Shown piece by piece: positions 19,201-30,358 of a DNA stretch of 64,000 nt. How positions within the stretch are numbered: position 1 is the stretch's first letter; the number at the start of each line of letters is the position of its first letter. Source of the stretch: Rikenellaceae bacterium (GTDB lineage Bacteria > Bacteroidota > Bacteroidia > Bacteroidales > Rikenellaceae). The stretch is from positions 10,083 to 74,082 of the forward strand of contig JAIRQC010000084.1 in assembly GCA_031256675.1 (NCBI GenBank), read 5' to 3'. Under the pieces are notes generated by a model. That model searched no databases. It saw only the letters and a program-made list of their open reading frames with translations, and was not told the origin of the DNA. A program made the position numbers and the translations under genes.

Positions 19201-22200
19201 CTATAACTCCTCCAGCATTGAAATGCCTGCCGCGCGATACTCTTTGGGCGACTGGTTGTAACGCTTGACGAACTCCTTGAAGAAGTGCGACCGTGTGTTG
19301 AAACCTGCGGAGTACATTATCTCCTGCACGGTGTGGTTTGTGCTGATGAGCAGTTTGGCCGCGTACTCGATACGCTGCCGGCGCAGGAAGTCTTTCGGGG
19401 CGGGCAGCCCGAGCTCCTTGAACCTGCGGTACAGCGTGCGCAGGCTGATGTTCAGGTTGTCCGCGAGCTCCTCCACGTTGAACTCGACCTCGCCGATATT
19501 CCGGTCGATCGTCTGCACGACCGAGCGTATGAACTCGCGCCCCTCTTTGGGCAGCAGCTGGCCGTCGAGATACTCGTGCGCGCTTGCCGAGGAGTTGTAA
19601 TACTCTTTGAGCTTGCCGTGTTTGACGATCAGCTGACGGGCTACGGTTTTCAGGTATTGAGCGTCGAACGGTTTCGGGATGTATGCGTCGGCGCCCGACT
19701 CTATCCCCTCGATGCGGTCGTCGGTGGACGATTTGGCCGAGATGATTATTATCGGTATGTGCATCGTGTGCGGATTGAGCTTTATCTGGCGGGTCATGGA
19801 TATTCCATCGCGTTCGGGCATCATCACGTCGGTTATTATGACGTCGGGCGTCTGTTCGGCCAGCCGCTCTATCCCCTCCGCGCCATCCCTTGCCGTGAGG
19901 ACGGTGTAATCCTCGGCGAGGATCTCCTTCAACATCCAGAGTATCTCCTCGTTGTCGTCGATGATCAGCGCCCTGGCTCGCGGGTTCGGATTGCGCGCCG
20001 TGTTTTCGTCGTGCACCCTCGGCGGCGCATCGTGCTGTTGCGCCGCCGACCGGACGGAGGCCGTTTCGGGCAACTCGAGCTGCGGCAGCCTGACGATAAA
20101 TTTCGCATACCGCCCGCGTTCGCTCTCTACGCCGATGCTCCCCCCGAGCAACTCGACCAGGCTTTTGCATATGGCCAGCCCCAGCCCGTTCCTTGACGAG
20201 AGGCCACGGATCATGTTCCGCTCGACGTTGTCCAGCACCGAGTAGCGATTGAACATGCGGGGAATATCCTCCTCGCGAATACCTTTCCCGCTGTTGTGTA
20301 CCGTTATCATCAGGCAGTCGCCCTCGACGCCGACGGTAATTTTTATCTCTCCCTGCGGCTGAGTATATTTGAATGCGTTAGAGGTCAGGTTGTTCAGTAT
20401 GGTGGTAATGCAGCTCAGGTCGGTGTTCCACGTTATGTCGCCCTCGATTTCGAGGCTGAAGTCGAGGGCATTCTCCTCGGCCAGGTCGGCAAAGGCCTCC
20501 ATTATCTCGCCGCAGACGGCGTTGATGTGGCGGCGTTCGATTTTGCACACTTTGTTGCCCGTCTCCATGCGGCGGAAGTCGATGATCTCCTGAATGAGGG
20601 TGTTGAGCCGCTCGGAGTTCGACCGGATGATCTGCGCGTATTTTCTTACATAGTCGTCGCTGCCCGCGTAATTGAATATTCGCTCGCTGGGGGTGTGGAT
20701 AAGGGTGAGCGGGGTGCAGAATTCGTGGGTGATGTTGGTGAAGAAGCGCAGCTTGTTCTCGTACATTTCCTCGCGGTATTTACGCGCCAGTTCGAGCTCC
20801 ATCCTGCGCCTGCGGTCGCGGTATTTTTTGGCCGCATAGAGCAGCAGGGCCGCCGCCGCCAGGGCGTAGAACAGCTTGGCCCACAGGCCGAACCACCACG
20901 GCGACAGTATCTCGATGTTCAGGCTGGCCATGTTGCTCTGCCGTCCGTATTCGTCGTCGTAACGCACCCTGAGCACATACCTGCCCGGGGGGATCTTGCC
21001 GAACTGCATCTCCCGCGTGCCGGTGGTCATCCACGTCTGGCTGAAGTTTTCCAAGAAACAGGAAAACTTTTTGTCCGTCCCGCCGATGAAATCGACGACC
21101 GAAAAGGAGACGGTGAAGAAATTCTGATTGTAGCGTAGCCGCAGGGATTCCCGCCCCCCTTTTCGCACCAGAAAATCGTCCATGTTTACCTCCTCGTTCA
21201 GGATGCGCAGTCCGGTGAAGAACAGCGGCGGCACAAAATCGTCGTCCCTCTTCTGCCCCGATTCGATCCATACCACCCCGTCGATACCTCCGAAAAAGCA
21301 TTTCGAAGAGGCTGCGTCCCGGTAGTAGGCGTTGTCGCTGAACTCGATCACCTTCAACCCCGCCTTACGGTTGAAATTGTGGAACGTATTTTTGTTGCGG
21401 TCGAACAGTATGAGCCCTGCATTGCTGCTGAACCACAGGTTGCCGTCGCCGCTTTCGAGTATTCCGTGAATGGTGTTGTTCGACAGGCCGTCCGTGTCGC
21501 AGTAGTTGCGCGGGAGCATGTTGCCGTCGGCCTGCCGCGACAGGCGGTTCACGCCGTAGCTCGACCCGAACCACAACTCCCCGCCTGCGTCATTGTGGAT
21601 ACACAGTATGTCGTTCACCGGGGCGAAGCCGTTGTCGTCGAATGTCGTCAGGCTGTAATTCCCGTTGCGGCTGTTGAACCTTATGGCCCCGTTGCCGCGC
21701 ATGGCCAGCCACATTATTGAGTCGTTCTCCGGACAGATGGCGTAGATTTTGTTGAACCCCTGCTTGTCGCGCAGGTCGAAGTCGTAGCGGCGCACGTTGC
21801 GCGCCTCGACGTCGCTCCCCGTGCGACGTATGTCCATTCGGAACAGCGAGAAGAGCGAGGAGACCCACAGCGCGCCGGAGGTCTCCAGAATGCTGTGCAC
21901 CTCGACGAAATTGACGGAGGGGTCGGTTTTCAGCGTGTGTACCTTCCGGTCGTCATACGAATAGTAGTTGAGCCCCGGGCCGCTCGAGCCGATCCACAGC
22001 ACATTGTTGGCGCGGCTGTCGGTAAATGCGAAGATCGAGTTGTTGCTCAGGCCGTTGTCTACGGTCAGGTGCTCCACGTTGCGCAGCCCGCGCTCATAAT
22101 CGTCTATTTTGATTATGCCGTCGCCCTTTGTGCCGAGCCACAGGGCCCCATGCCGGTCGCTGAATATGGCGCGCACGGGCCTTTGCGTTTTCAGGGGCAG

Positions 22201-23187
22201 CTCTTCGAGGTTGACGCCATTGAAACGATACTTCTCCTGATACATTGCGTAGGCCCCCTGCCCGTCGGAGCCGATCCACAAAATATCCTGCACGTCGTCT
22301 TTGAGCAGCGAGAAGACGCCGCAGTTCACCGGCAACTTCTCGACGGCGAAGCGTTCCCCGCCCTTGAGCCTGACCGCCCCGCCGGAGCGGAAGCCGACGA
22401 CAAGGTCGCCGCCGTCGAACACCATCGACGATATGTCGCGGCGCTCCCCGAGCAGGGGCGACAGATTTCTTACGAAGCTCTTCTGCTCGTCTTCGACGGT
22501 GAAAAGGTCGTCGCGGCTGTCGACTATGATCAGACGGCCGCGGTCGTAATAGATGTGGGCTATGGCGTGTGGGTGGTCGAAGTTGCCCAGCCACTCGAAC
22601 TGCGGCCTGCCGTCGCCGGAGAGTACGATGGCATAGCGTCGCGCCACCCCGTTGTTGGTGATCCACGCCCTGTCCTGCCGGTCGATTATCAGCCCGACCC
22701 AGTTGCTTGTCGGACGGAGGTTTGGCACCTCCGTCTCCACTATTTCCTGCCGTTCGAAGTCGTAATAATAGAGATGGCCCTCCTGGGTGAGGATAAAGAA
22801 GTTGTCACGGCTGTCGCAGGCTATGGCGCAGTCCTCCTTGAACTGGCTGAAATGGGCCTCCACCCTGTCCTTTCTCTTCGAAAAGAGGTTCAGCCCGCCT
22901 TTTGTCATTATCCACAGGGAGTTGTCGCGCGACTCGACAATCTTTCTGATCACATTGCCCGAGAGGCTGTAGCTGTCGGCGGGGTTGGGCTTGTATATGC
23001 GGATGTCCGTCCCGTCGTAGCGGTTGAGCCCGTCGTAGGTGCCCATCCACAGATAGCGCTCGCTGTCCTGGAACAGGCAGATCACGGCGCTGTTCGACAG
23101 CCCGTCGCGGCTGCCTGTCTGCCGGATGTTCTGCGCCGCCGCGCTTTGGCATATGAATATCAGGACTATAATGGCGATTTTTTGCAT
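19201..23187 (-). CDS. Hybrid two-component sensor-regulator (beta-propeller, Y_Y_Y, HisKA/HATPase, REC, AraC)
   Basis: GLSN/LWxGT propeller repeats; FFTNITHEFCTPLTLI; GLGLAI; IITDVMMP; C-terminal AraC HTH; start set at MQKIAII. Confidence 0.95.
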   Translation of the reverse strand: MQKIAIIVLIFICQSAAAQNIRQTGSRDGLSNSAVICLFQDSERYLWMGTYDGLNRYDGTDIRIYKPNPADSYSLSGNVIRKIVESRDNSLWIMTKGGLNLFSKRKDRVEAHFSQFKEDCAIACDSRDNFFILTQEGHLYYYDFERQEIVETEVPNLRPTSNWVGLIIDRQDRAWITNNGVARRYAIVLSGDGRPQFEWLGNFDHPHAIAHIYYDRGRLIIVDSRDDLFTVEDEQKSFVRNLSPLLGERRDISSMVFDGGDLVVGFRSGGAVRLKGGERFAVEKLPVNCGVFSLLKDDVQDILWIGSDGQGAYAMYQEKYRFNGVNLEELPLKTQRPVRAIFSDRHGALWLGTKGDGIIKIDDYERGLRNVEHLTVDNGLSNNSIFAFTDSRANNVLWIGSSGPGLNYYSYDDRKVHTLKTDPSVNFVEVHSILETSGALWVSSLFSLFRMDIRRTGSDVEARNVRRYDFDLRDKQGFNKIYAICPENDSIMWLAMRGNGAIRFNSRNGNYSLTTFDDNGFAPVNDILCIHNDAGGELWFGSSYGVNRLSRQADGNMLPRNYCDTDGLSNNTIHGILESGDGNLWFSSNAGLILFDRNKNTFHNFNRKAGLKVIEFSDNAYYRDAASSKCFFGGIDGVVWIESGQKRDDDFVPPLFFTGLRILNEEVNMDDFLVRKGGRESLRLRYNQNFFTVSFSVVDFIGGTDKKFSCFLENFSQTWMTTGTREMQFGKIPPGRYVLRVRYDDEYGRQSNMASLNIEILSPWWFGLWAKLFYALAAAALLLYAAKKYRDRRRRMELELARKYREEMYENKLRFFTNITHEFCTPLTLIHTPSERIFNYAGSDDYVRKYAQIIRSNSERLNTLIQEIIDFRRMETGNKVCKIERRHINAVCGEIMEAFADLAEENALDFSLEIEGDITWNTDLSCITTILNNLTSNAFKYTQPQGEIKITVGVEGDCLMITVHNSGKGIREEDIPRMFNRYSVLDNVERNMIRGLSSRNGLGLAICKSLVELLGGSIGVESERGRYAKFIVRLPQLELPETASVRSAAQQHDAPPRVHDENTARNPNPRARALIIDDNEEILWMLKEILAEDYTVLTARDGAEGIERLAEQTPDVIITDVMMPERDGISMTRQIKLNPHTMHIPIIIISAKSSTDDRIEGIESGADAYIPKPFDAQYLKTVARQLIVKHGKLKEYYNSSASAHEYLDGQLLPKEGREFIRSVVQTIDRNIGEVEFNVEELADNLNISLRTLYRRFKELGLPAPKDFLRRQRIEYAAKLLISTNHTVQEIMYSAGFNTRSHFFKEFVKRYNQSPKEYRAAGISMLEEL

Positions 23188-23204
23188 GGTAATACAATTT
23201 TCTA

Positions 23205-23212
23205 CAAAAATA
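23205..23212 (-). promoter_or_regulatory. -7 box of the HTCS promoter
   Basis: Minus-strand TATTTTTG 17 nt upstream of the ATG. Confidence 0.55.
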
Positions 23213-23268
23213 TACAAATTCGCAAGAAACGGAACTGTCGGCTAATGTTTTTTGCAAAAAAATGTACT

Positions 23269-23334
23269 TGGCGAAATTGAGGACATAAGTGGCAGAGGCG
23301 AGGCGGGCCGTTAAAATCAGACCGCCTAATTTCG
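23269..23334 (+). promoter_or_regulatory. Putative HTCS-activated PUL promoter
   Basis: TGGC at 23269 and 23290 (21-bp phasing typical of AraC-type sites); -7-like TAATTTCG at 23327-23334. Confidence 0.4.
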
Positions 23335-23468
23335 TGTTCACTTAAAAATGCGGACAGTGGAGCGCCATCCCTGGCGAAAGTCAGGGGTTGCATGACATGA
23401 AAAAACCAAAGGCGCCGTCAACGCTTAATTCGCAGTCCGCACATATTAATAATTGAAGATCGCCTGTC

Positions 23469-26198
23469 GTGAACCGAAAACTGCCCCTCCTGCTTCTTGC
23501 CGTCGCCCTGACGCCCGTCGCCCTGTCCGCCCGAAACGCGGCCCGGGAGCGCAGCCATATCCGCACGTTAACCTCCGTCGACGGCCACAATGGCAATGCC
23601 GTATGGAAAATGAAGCGGGCCGGCGAGGTGACCGCACGGCCGGAAGAGCTTTCGACCTCGACGTTCGACACAGACGGATGGACGCCCGCAGTAGTGCCAG
23701 GAACGGTGTTGAACTCTCTCGTATATAACAATGTCTACCCCGAACCCTATTACGGGCTGAACAACAGGCTCGAGTCGGGGCTCATCCCCGACCTTTACCA
23801 TGCGGGGCGCGATTTCTATACCTTCTGGTTCGTCACCCGTTTCACGCTCAATCGGAGCGAGTGCGCCGGAAGGAACATCTGGCTGCAAGTGGACGGCATA
23901 AACTACCGCGCCGAGATATGGCTCAACGGCGGCATGGTGGGCAACATCTCGGGCATGTTCCTTCGGCGCGTGATCGACGTCACGGACAGGGCGTTGCTCG
24001 ACGGCGACAACACGCTGGCCGTAAAGGTCTATCCGGTCGACATGCCGGGCACGGTAAAGCCGAAGGGGGGCAAAGCGTTCGGGGCCAACGGCGAGTTCCA
24101 GAACGGGGGCAACGGCGAGATAGGCCGCAACGTGACGCAGCTTATGACCGTCGGCTGGGATTTCACCTTTCCGGACGGCGTTCGCGACCGCAACACCGGC
24201 ATCTGGCGCGACATGTCGATCTTCACCACCGGCCCCGCCCGACTGTTGCATCCCTTTGTCCGCTCACGGCTCGACAGGCCCGGTTACGACGTTGCACGCC
24301 TGACGGCCTCCGTGGAGGTTGCCTGGCCGGGCTATCTTCCCCAGGGCCGCAGGCAGACGGTAAGGGTCGTCGGCGAGATACGGGGCGAGAACATCCGCGT
24401 CGAGAAGGAGGTCTCGCTCTGTCGCGGCGAGGTGAAGGAGGTGGTCTTCACGCCCGAGGAGTTCCCTCAGCTTGTGATGCGCAATCCCCGCCTGTGGTGG
24501 CCGGTGAACAAGGGCGGCCACGACCTTTATGAACTCACGTTGACAACGGAGGCCGGCGGACGGACAAGCGACTCCATATCCACACGTTTCGGGATACGGG
24601 AGATAACCTCCTCCACGCAGACCCCCGACGGCTCGCGGACGTTCGCCGTCAACGGCAAGCCACTGTTTATAAGGGGGGCTAACTGGCTGCCCGAGAACAT
24701 GCTCCGCACCTCGGACCAGCGCACGAGCGCCGAATTGCGCTACACGGCGCAGTCGGGGGTGAACCTGTTGCGTTTCTGGGGCGGCGGCATAACCGAATCC
24801 GACTGTTTTTTCCAACTGTGCGACGAGCTGGGCATTCTGGTGTGGCAGGAGTTCTGGATGACGGGCGACACCAACCACCCCGTCGACCCGGAGCTCTACT
24901 ACGCGAACCTCGCCTCGACGGTCAGGCGCATCCGCAACCACCCCTCGCTGGCATATTACGTCTCGTCGAATGAAAGCACCGAGATGCCCCTCGCAAGGCG
25001 ACTGCTGGAGGAACTTGACGGCACGCGCGGCTACCAGATGGAGTCGGAATGCGACGGGGTGCACGACGGCAGCCCATACAAGCAGGTGAACATCATGGCC
25101 CACTACGAGGACAGGGCTTCGGAGCGCGGCAGCCGCATCTGCGGCTTCAATCCCGAGTACGGCGCGCCGTGCCTGCCGACGGTGGAGTGTCTGCGCGAGA
25201 TGATGGAGGAGAAAGACCTGTGGCCTGTCAATAAGGAGGTGTGGGACTATCTGGACGGCAACGGTTTCCACCTGATGACCTCCCTTTATGCCGACATGGT
25301 AAACCAGTACGGCCCCTCGGCGAGCATCGACGAGTTTGCGATGAAGGCGCAGTTTGTCGGCGCGCTCAACTACAAGAGCATCTGGGAGGCGTGGAACTAT
25401 AACAAGCTCGGCTACGGCGACCGCTATACCTCGGGATTCCTCTACTGGTATCACAATTCGCCGATACGTCAGGTGGCGGGGCGCATGTGGGACTGGTCGC
25501 TCGAGCCGACCGCGGCGCTGTATGCAGCTCAGAACGCCTGCGAGCCGCTCCATCCGCAGTTCGACTATCTGAAAAACACAGTTTCGGTCGTCAACGACTA
25601 CTACCGCCCGTTCAAAGGCTACAAGGTCGTGGCCGAGGTGTACGACCTGAACATGAAGAAAATATTCGAGGGCTCGGCGACGGTCGACCTGCCCGAGGAC
25701 GGGGTGGCCTGTGACGTTCTCCGGATCGACTTCTCGAAAGCCTCCACCTCCATACAGTTCATAACGCTGCGGTTGACCGACGACAGCGGCAAACAGGTCG
25801 GCAACAAGTTCTACTGGCGGTCGAGCGACAAATACAAAGGGGCCAGGACCCTGACCGGCCCTGCCACGGCGGGATTTCAGGAGATAAACAAACTCGGAAA
25901 GGCCCGGCTCGCGGTGAACTTCCAAACCAGGACGGAGGGCGAAAAATTCCTTATCGACCTTGATGTGAAGAACGTCGGGCGCACGCTCTCCTTCTTTACG
26001 CAGGTGCAGTGGCTCGACGCCGACGGCAAACCTGTGAGGCCGTCGTTCTATACCGACAACTTTATGAACATCATGCCGGGCGAAAAACGCAGCATATGCA
26101 TCGAAACCGCGCTGAACAACCTCCCGAAAGGCGACTGCCGGCTGGTCGTCCGCGGCTTTAACATCGCCGGACAGGAATTTCGCATCAGGGTGAAATGA
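23469..26198 (+). CDS. Glycoside hydrolase family 2 (beta-mannosidase/exo-glucosaminidase-like)
   Basis: Signal peptide; GINYRAEIWLNG, FIRGANW, RFWGGG, CDELGILVWQEF, RIRNHPSL..SSNE, NPEYG. Confidence 0.9.
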   Translation: MNRKLPLLLLAVALTPVALSARNAARERSHIRTLTSVDGHNGNAVWKMKRAGEVTARPEELSTSTFDTDGWTPAVVPGTVLNSLVYNNVYPEPYYGLNNRLESGLIPDLYHAGRDFYTFWFVTRFTLNRSECAGRNIWLQVDGINYRAEIWLNGGMVGNISGMFLRRVIDVTDRALLDGDNTLAVKVYPVDMPGTVKPKGGKAFGANGEFQNGGNGEIGRNVTQLMTVGWDFTFPDGVRDRNTGIWRDMSIFTTGPARLLHPFVRSRLDRPGYDVARLTASVEVAWPGYLPQGRRQTVRVVGEIRGENIRVEKEVSLCRGEVKEVVFTPEEFPQLVMRNPRLWWPVNKGGHDLYELTLTTEAGGRTSDSISTRFGIREITSSTQTPDGSRTFAVNGKPLFIRGANWLPENMLRTSDQRTSAELRYTAQSGVNLLRFWGGGITESDCFFQLCDELGILVWQEFWMTGDTNHPVDPELYYANLASTVRRIRNHPSLAYYVSSNESTEMPLARRLLEELDGTRGYQMESECDGVHDGSPYKQVNIMAHYEDRASERGSRICGFNPEYGAPCLPTVECLREMMEEKDLWPVNKEVWDYLDGNGFHLMTSLYADMVNQYGPSASIDEFAMKAQFVGALNYKSIWEAWNYNKLGYGDRYTSGFLYWYHNSPIRQVAGRMWDWSLEPTAALYAAQNACEPLHPQFDYLKNTVSVVNDYYRPFKGYKVVAEVYDLNMKKIFEGSATVDLPEDGVACDVLRIDFSKASTSIQFITLRLTDDSGKQVGNKFYWRSSDKYKGARTLTGPATAGFQEINKLGKARLAVNFQTRTEGEKFLIDLDVKNVGRTLSFFTQVQWLDADGKPVRPSFYTDNFMNIMPGEKRSICIETALNNLPKGDCRLVVRGFNIAGQEFRIRVK

Positions 26199-27859
26199 CA
26201 AGAAGAATACTCATACTCGCGCTCCTTACGGGCCCTGCCCTTCGCTGTGTGGCGGCAAGCTACGACGTGGTCGTCGTGGGCGGCGCCCCTGCCGGAATTA
26301 CGGCAGCCGTCGCCGCCGCGCGCGAGGGTAAGAGTTGCGTCATCCTCGAACGGACGCAGCACGTCGGAGGTCTGCCGGCCAACGGACTTGGGGCCACCGA
26401 CATAGCCACCCGCGGCGCGACGACGGGGCTCTTCGCGAAGTTCGTGGCCATGAACAGGGCATATTATGTCGAAAAATACGGCGAGGGCTCCCGGCAGGTG
26501 CGCGATTGCAGCGACGGCTATCACTTCGAACCGTCGGTCGCCGCCGCAACCTTCGAGCGTATGCTCCGCGAGGCGGGGCCGGGCAAACTCGACGTGAAGA
26601 CCATGCGGCAGTTCGACGCGCAGCCTGAAAATGTCGTCAGGCATGGCGAGCGGATCGTCGCAATACGCATCCTCGACCGCACGACCGGCAGGGAGGAGAC
26701 CTACCGCGGGAAAATGTTCATCGACGCCACATACGAGGGCGACCTGGGGGCTGCGGCGGGAGTTCCGTTCCGCCTCGGCAGAGAGGGGGCGGAGGAGTAC
26801 GGCGAGCCCTGCGCGGGAAAGATCTACCGCTGGTGGAAACACGGCCCCGACGGCGAAGGCTCTACATATCGTGGCGACAGCGCCATACAGGCCTATAACT
26901 ACCGCCTGTGCCTGACCGACAATCCGTCCAACCGCCTCGAAATTGCCAAACCGGAAAACTACGACCGGACGGAGTATGTCCCGCTTATAGACGACATACT
27001 GACCGGACGCAACACCGACGTGAGTTTCAGCCGTGTCGATGCGGCGGGAATGGCGGAAAACAGACGGCGCGTGCTCTCCGGCCTGCCCACGGCGGCCCCG
27101 GGCGACGTGTGGGGCATGGCCAAGATCGTCAGCATGACGCGGCTGCCGAACGCCAAGACCGACGCCAACAACCAGCACTTGGCTTTCATCTCGACCGACC
27201 TGCCCGAAGAGAACTGGCCGTGGCCGACCGCAAGCTGGGAGTGGCGCGACGGCTTCGCCAAACGGTTGCGCGATTACACGCTGGGGCTGTTGTGGTTCGT
27301 GCAGAACGACGAGCAGCTGCCCGCCCATTTCCGCAAGGCGTGCCGCGAGTGGGGGCTGGCGGCGGACGAATATCGCGACAACGGCGGATTTCCGCGACAG
27401 GTCTATGTCCGCGAGGGGCGCAGGCTCGAAGGCGCCTACTTTTTCACGGCTGCCGACGCGCTGTCCGGGGCAGGAACGCCTCACGTAACGTCGGTCACCG
27501 CGAGCCACTATGCGCTCGACTCCCACGCCGTGCGCAAGCGCGAAGAGGGGCGGGTGCACCTCGACGGTTTTTTCAGCTATCCGACGGCCGTCTACACCGT
27601 GCCTTACGGAGTGATGACGCCGAAAACGGTTGAGAACCTGCTCTTTCCGGTGGCGGCGTCGGGCAGCCATGTCGGCTTTTCGACCCTGCGCATGGAGCCG
27701 TGCTGGATGGCCCTCGGCGAGGCGGCAGGCGTTGCGGCGTCGCTTGCCATCGACCATAACACGAATGTGAGGGAAACGCCCATAGCCGAGCTTCAACAAA
27801 AACTGTCGGAGGCGGGGGCGACACTGGTTTATACAACAAACAAACAGTCACCGATATGA
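26195..27859 (+). CDS. Secreted FAD-dependent oxidoreductase (FAD_oxidored-like)
   Basis: YDVVVVGGAPAGITAA Rossmann motif; FIDATYEGDL; YVREGRRL; LRMEPCWMALGEAAG. Confidence 0.88.
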   Translation: MTRRILILALLTGPALRCVAASYDVVVVGGAPAGITAAVAAAREGKSCVILERTQHVGGLPANGLGATDIATRGATTGLFAKFVAMNRAYYVEKYGEGSRQVRDCSDGYHFEPSVAAATFERMLREAGPGKLDVKTMRQFDAQPENVVRHGERIVAIRILDRTTGREETYRGKMFIDATYEGDLGAAAGVPFRLGREGAEEYGEPCAGKIYRWWKHGPDGEGSTYRGDSAIQAYNYRLCLTDNPSNRLEIAKPENYDRTEYVPLIDDILTGRNTDVSFSRVDAAGMAENRRRVLSGLPTAAPGDVWGMAKIVSMTRLPNAKTDANNQHLAFISTDLPEENWPWPTASWEWRDGFAKRLRDYTLGLLWFVQNDEQLPAHFRKACREWGLAADEYRDNGGFPRQVYVREGRRLEGAYFFTAADALSGAGTPHVTSVTASHYALDSHAVRKREEGRVHLDGFFSYPTAVYTVPYGVMTPKTVENLLFPVAASGSHVGFSTLRMEPCWMALGEAAGVAASLAIDHNTNVRETPIAELQQKLSEAGATLVYTTNKQSPI

Positions 27860-29214
27860 AAAAACTGTTAACAACCACCGCATTGTCGTTAGCGCTGATC
27901 TCGGCGGGATGCGGCAAGAAGGGCGACACGCCCGCAACGCAGAAACCCTACGTGAGGATAAGCTCAAACGAAAAGGTCGTCGCCACCGCCTCGAGCTCGT
28001 TCAACCTCTACGTCACCTCCAACACCAACTGGACGGTCGAGGCGATGGGCCAGTGGCTCCACACCGACAAAACCGCCGGCAACGGCAACATGACCGTCAA
28101 GGTGAGCTGCGAGGCCAGCGACGTGGAAAGGCGTGCCGGCGTGGTCAGGCTGAAGGCCGCGGGGATCAATCCGGTGGATTTGATCGTAACACAGACCGAC
28201 CGCACATTCACCAATCCCATCTTCAACATGCCCGACCCGTGGGTGGTCAAGCGCGAGGACAGCTACTACATCTGCAAGGCGCAGGGCGCAGGGGTCAATC
28301 TGGCGCGCTCCGGCAAACTGTCGCAATTCGGCGGCACTTCGTCGGTGTGGAAATGTCCGACCGACGCAGGGGCGGTCAAGCCGTGGAACGTAGCCAACGT
28401 CTGGGCCCCCGAACTGCACTACATCGACGGCACATGGTACATCTACTATACCGCAGGACGGCCCCACGCCGAAACCAACTCCTACGGAACGCAGCGCAGC
28501 GGCGTGTTGCGCGCCAAGACCGACAACCCGCAGGGCGCATACGACGACATGGGGATGCTCTACACCGGCAACGAGTGGCAAAGCGGCATTGTCGCCACCG
28601 CCGCCAACACCATTTACGCCATCGACCTTACCGTGTTCAAGCTGAACGGACAGCTCTATGCCGTATGGTCGGGACAGCCGACGGCCACCGACGGTTCGCA
28701 GAGGCTCTACATTGCCACCATGTCCAATCCGTACACCATCAGTTCGTCGCGGGTCGAAATATCGAAGGCCGACCAGGTCTGGGAAAAGTACAGCGGGTCG
28801 ATCAACGAGGGGCCCGCCATACTGATCAACGAAGCCAAAGGCAAACTGTTCGTGGTCTATTCGTGCAACGGCTCGTGGACCAAACAGTACCGGCTGGGCT
28901 ATCTCATGCTCGACATGACCAAAGACCCGATGGTGGCCTCCAACTGGACCAAGTCGTCCAACTACGTGTTCTGGCGGTGCGACGACACCTCCGACCGCGA
29001 CGGGGTGAACGGGGTGGGACATTGCAGCTTCACCAAGTCGCCGGACGAGACCGAGGACTGGATATTCTACCACGTCAAGCACCGCAACGACAACACCTGG
29101 GAGTCGGGCCGCTCGGCGTTCATTCAGAAATTCACATGGAAAGCCGACGGCACGCCCGACTTCGGCACGCCCGTGGGCTGGAATGAGCCCGTTGTAATAC
29201 CGTCTGGAGAATAA
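27856..29214 (+). CDS. Lipoprotein with BACON domain plus GH43 catalytic domain
   Basis: Lipobox SAGC; VTSNTNWTV BACON; PDPW, WAPELH, AID, INEGP GH43 motifs. Confidence 0.9.
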   Translation: MKKLLTTTALSLALISAGCGKKGDTPATQKPYVRISSNEKVVATASSSFNLYVTSNTNWTVEAMGQWLHTDKTAGNGNMTVKVSCEASDVERRAGVVRLKAAGINPVDLIVTQTDRTFTNPIFNMPDPWVVKREDSYYICKAQGAGVNLARSGKLSQFGGTSSVWKCPTDAGAVKPWNVANVWAPELHYIDGTWYIYYTAGRPHAETNSYGTQRSGVLRAKTDNPQGAYDDMGMLYTGNEWQSGIVATAANTIYAIDLTVFKLNGQLYAVWSGQPTATDGSQRLYIATMSNPYTISSSRVEISKADQVWEKYSGSINEGPAILINEAKGKLFVVYSCNGSWTKQYRLGYLMLDMTKDPMVASNWTKSSNYVFWRCDDTSDRDGVNGVGHCSFTKSPDETEDWIFYHVKHRNDNTWESGRSAFIQKFTWKADGTPDFGTPVGWNEPVVIPSGE

Positions 29215-29216
29215 CT

Positions 29217-30356
29217 ATGAAAAATCTGTTTACAGCAGCCCTGTTGCTGCTCGCGGGCACGAACGCCGTCGCGCAGAGCTACGACCTGAAACACTTCCCC
29301 AACGGTTCCCGTCCGGAGCAGATCGGGACAAAGCTGGTGGAACGCTACCTGCAAACCCCACATTCCCACTGGGGTAACATCGACGGGAAGAACAAAGCGA
29401 CCCTCGTCACCTATCCCGACGTGTGCGCATGGCTGGGGGCGTTGTGGTTCACCTCGGCCGTGAAGAACGACGGGCTGTACGACAAACTGGTCGAGCGTTT
29501 CGAGCCGCTGTTCACCACCGAACGGGAGCTGCAGCCGAGCCTGCGCCCCAGGGATCACAATGTCGTGGATTTCTATGTCTTCGGGGCCGTCCCGCTGGAA
29601 ATCTACCGGAGGAACAGGGAACCGAAATATCTCGAACTGGGGATGAGGTATGCCGACGGCCAGTGGGTGTTGCCCGACGAGCACAAGGATTACGAAAAGG
29701 AGTGGAGCGACAGGGGCTACTCGTGGCAGACGCGCCTGTGGATCGACGACATGTTCATGATCACCGCATTGCAGGCCCAGGCATATCTGGCCACCGGGGA
29801 CAGGAAGTATATCGACCGCGCGGCGGAGGAAATGACGCTCTATCTCGACGAGATCCAGCGCGACAACGGGCTGTTCTACCACTCGCCCTCCACGCCGTTC
29901 TTCTGGGCGCGGGGCGACGGGTGGATGGCCGTCGGAATGGCCGAGCTGCTGAGGGTGTTGCCAAAAGACAGCCCGCACCGCGCGAGGATCGGCAAGGCCT
30001 ACGTGAAGATGATGGAGACCCTGTTGCGCTACCAGTCTTACAGCGGCATGTGGCGGCAGCTGATCGACGACCCTAACTCGTGGGAGGAGAGCTCGGCATC
30101 GGCAATGTACACCTACGCCATGATCACCGGGGTCAGGAACGGCTGGCTCGACAGGAAAACCTACGGCGCAGCCGCGCGCAAGGGGTGGACGGCACTGCTG
30201 ACCTATCTCGACGAAAATTACAACCTGCGCAACGTCTGCATGGGCACCGGGGCCAGGAACAGCTATCAATACTACCTCGACCGTCCCCGCCAGAGCGGCG
30301 ACCTGCACGGCCAGGCGGCAATGATATGGTGTGCTTATGCCCTGTCAAACAAATAG
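29217..30356 (+). CDS. GH105/GH88-family unsaturated uronyl hydrolase (signal peptide I)
   Basis: WIDDMFM, WARGDGW, EESSASAMY motifs. Confidence 0.88.
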   Translation: MKNLFTAALLLLAGTNAVAQSYDLKHFPNGSRPEQIGTKLVERYLQTPHSHWGNIDGKNKATLVTYPDVCAWLGALWFTSAVKNDGLYDKLVERFEPLFTTERELQPSLRPRDHNVVDFYVFGAVPLEIYRRNREPKYLELGMRYADGQWVLPDEHKDYEKEWSDRGYSWQTRLWIDDMFMITALQAQAYLATGDRKYIDRAAEEMTLYLDEIQRDNGLFYHSPSTPFFWARGDGWMAVGMAELLRVLPKDSPHRARIGKAYVKMMETLLRYQSYSGMWRQLIDDPNSWEESSASAMYTYAMITGVRNGWLDRKTYGAAARKGWTALLTYLDENYNLRNVCMGTGARNSYQYYLDRPRQSGDLHGQAAMIWCAYALSNK

Positions 30357-30358
30357 TT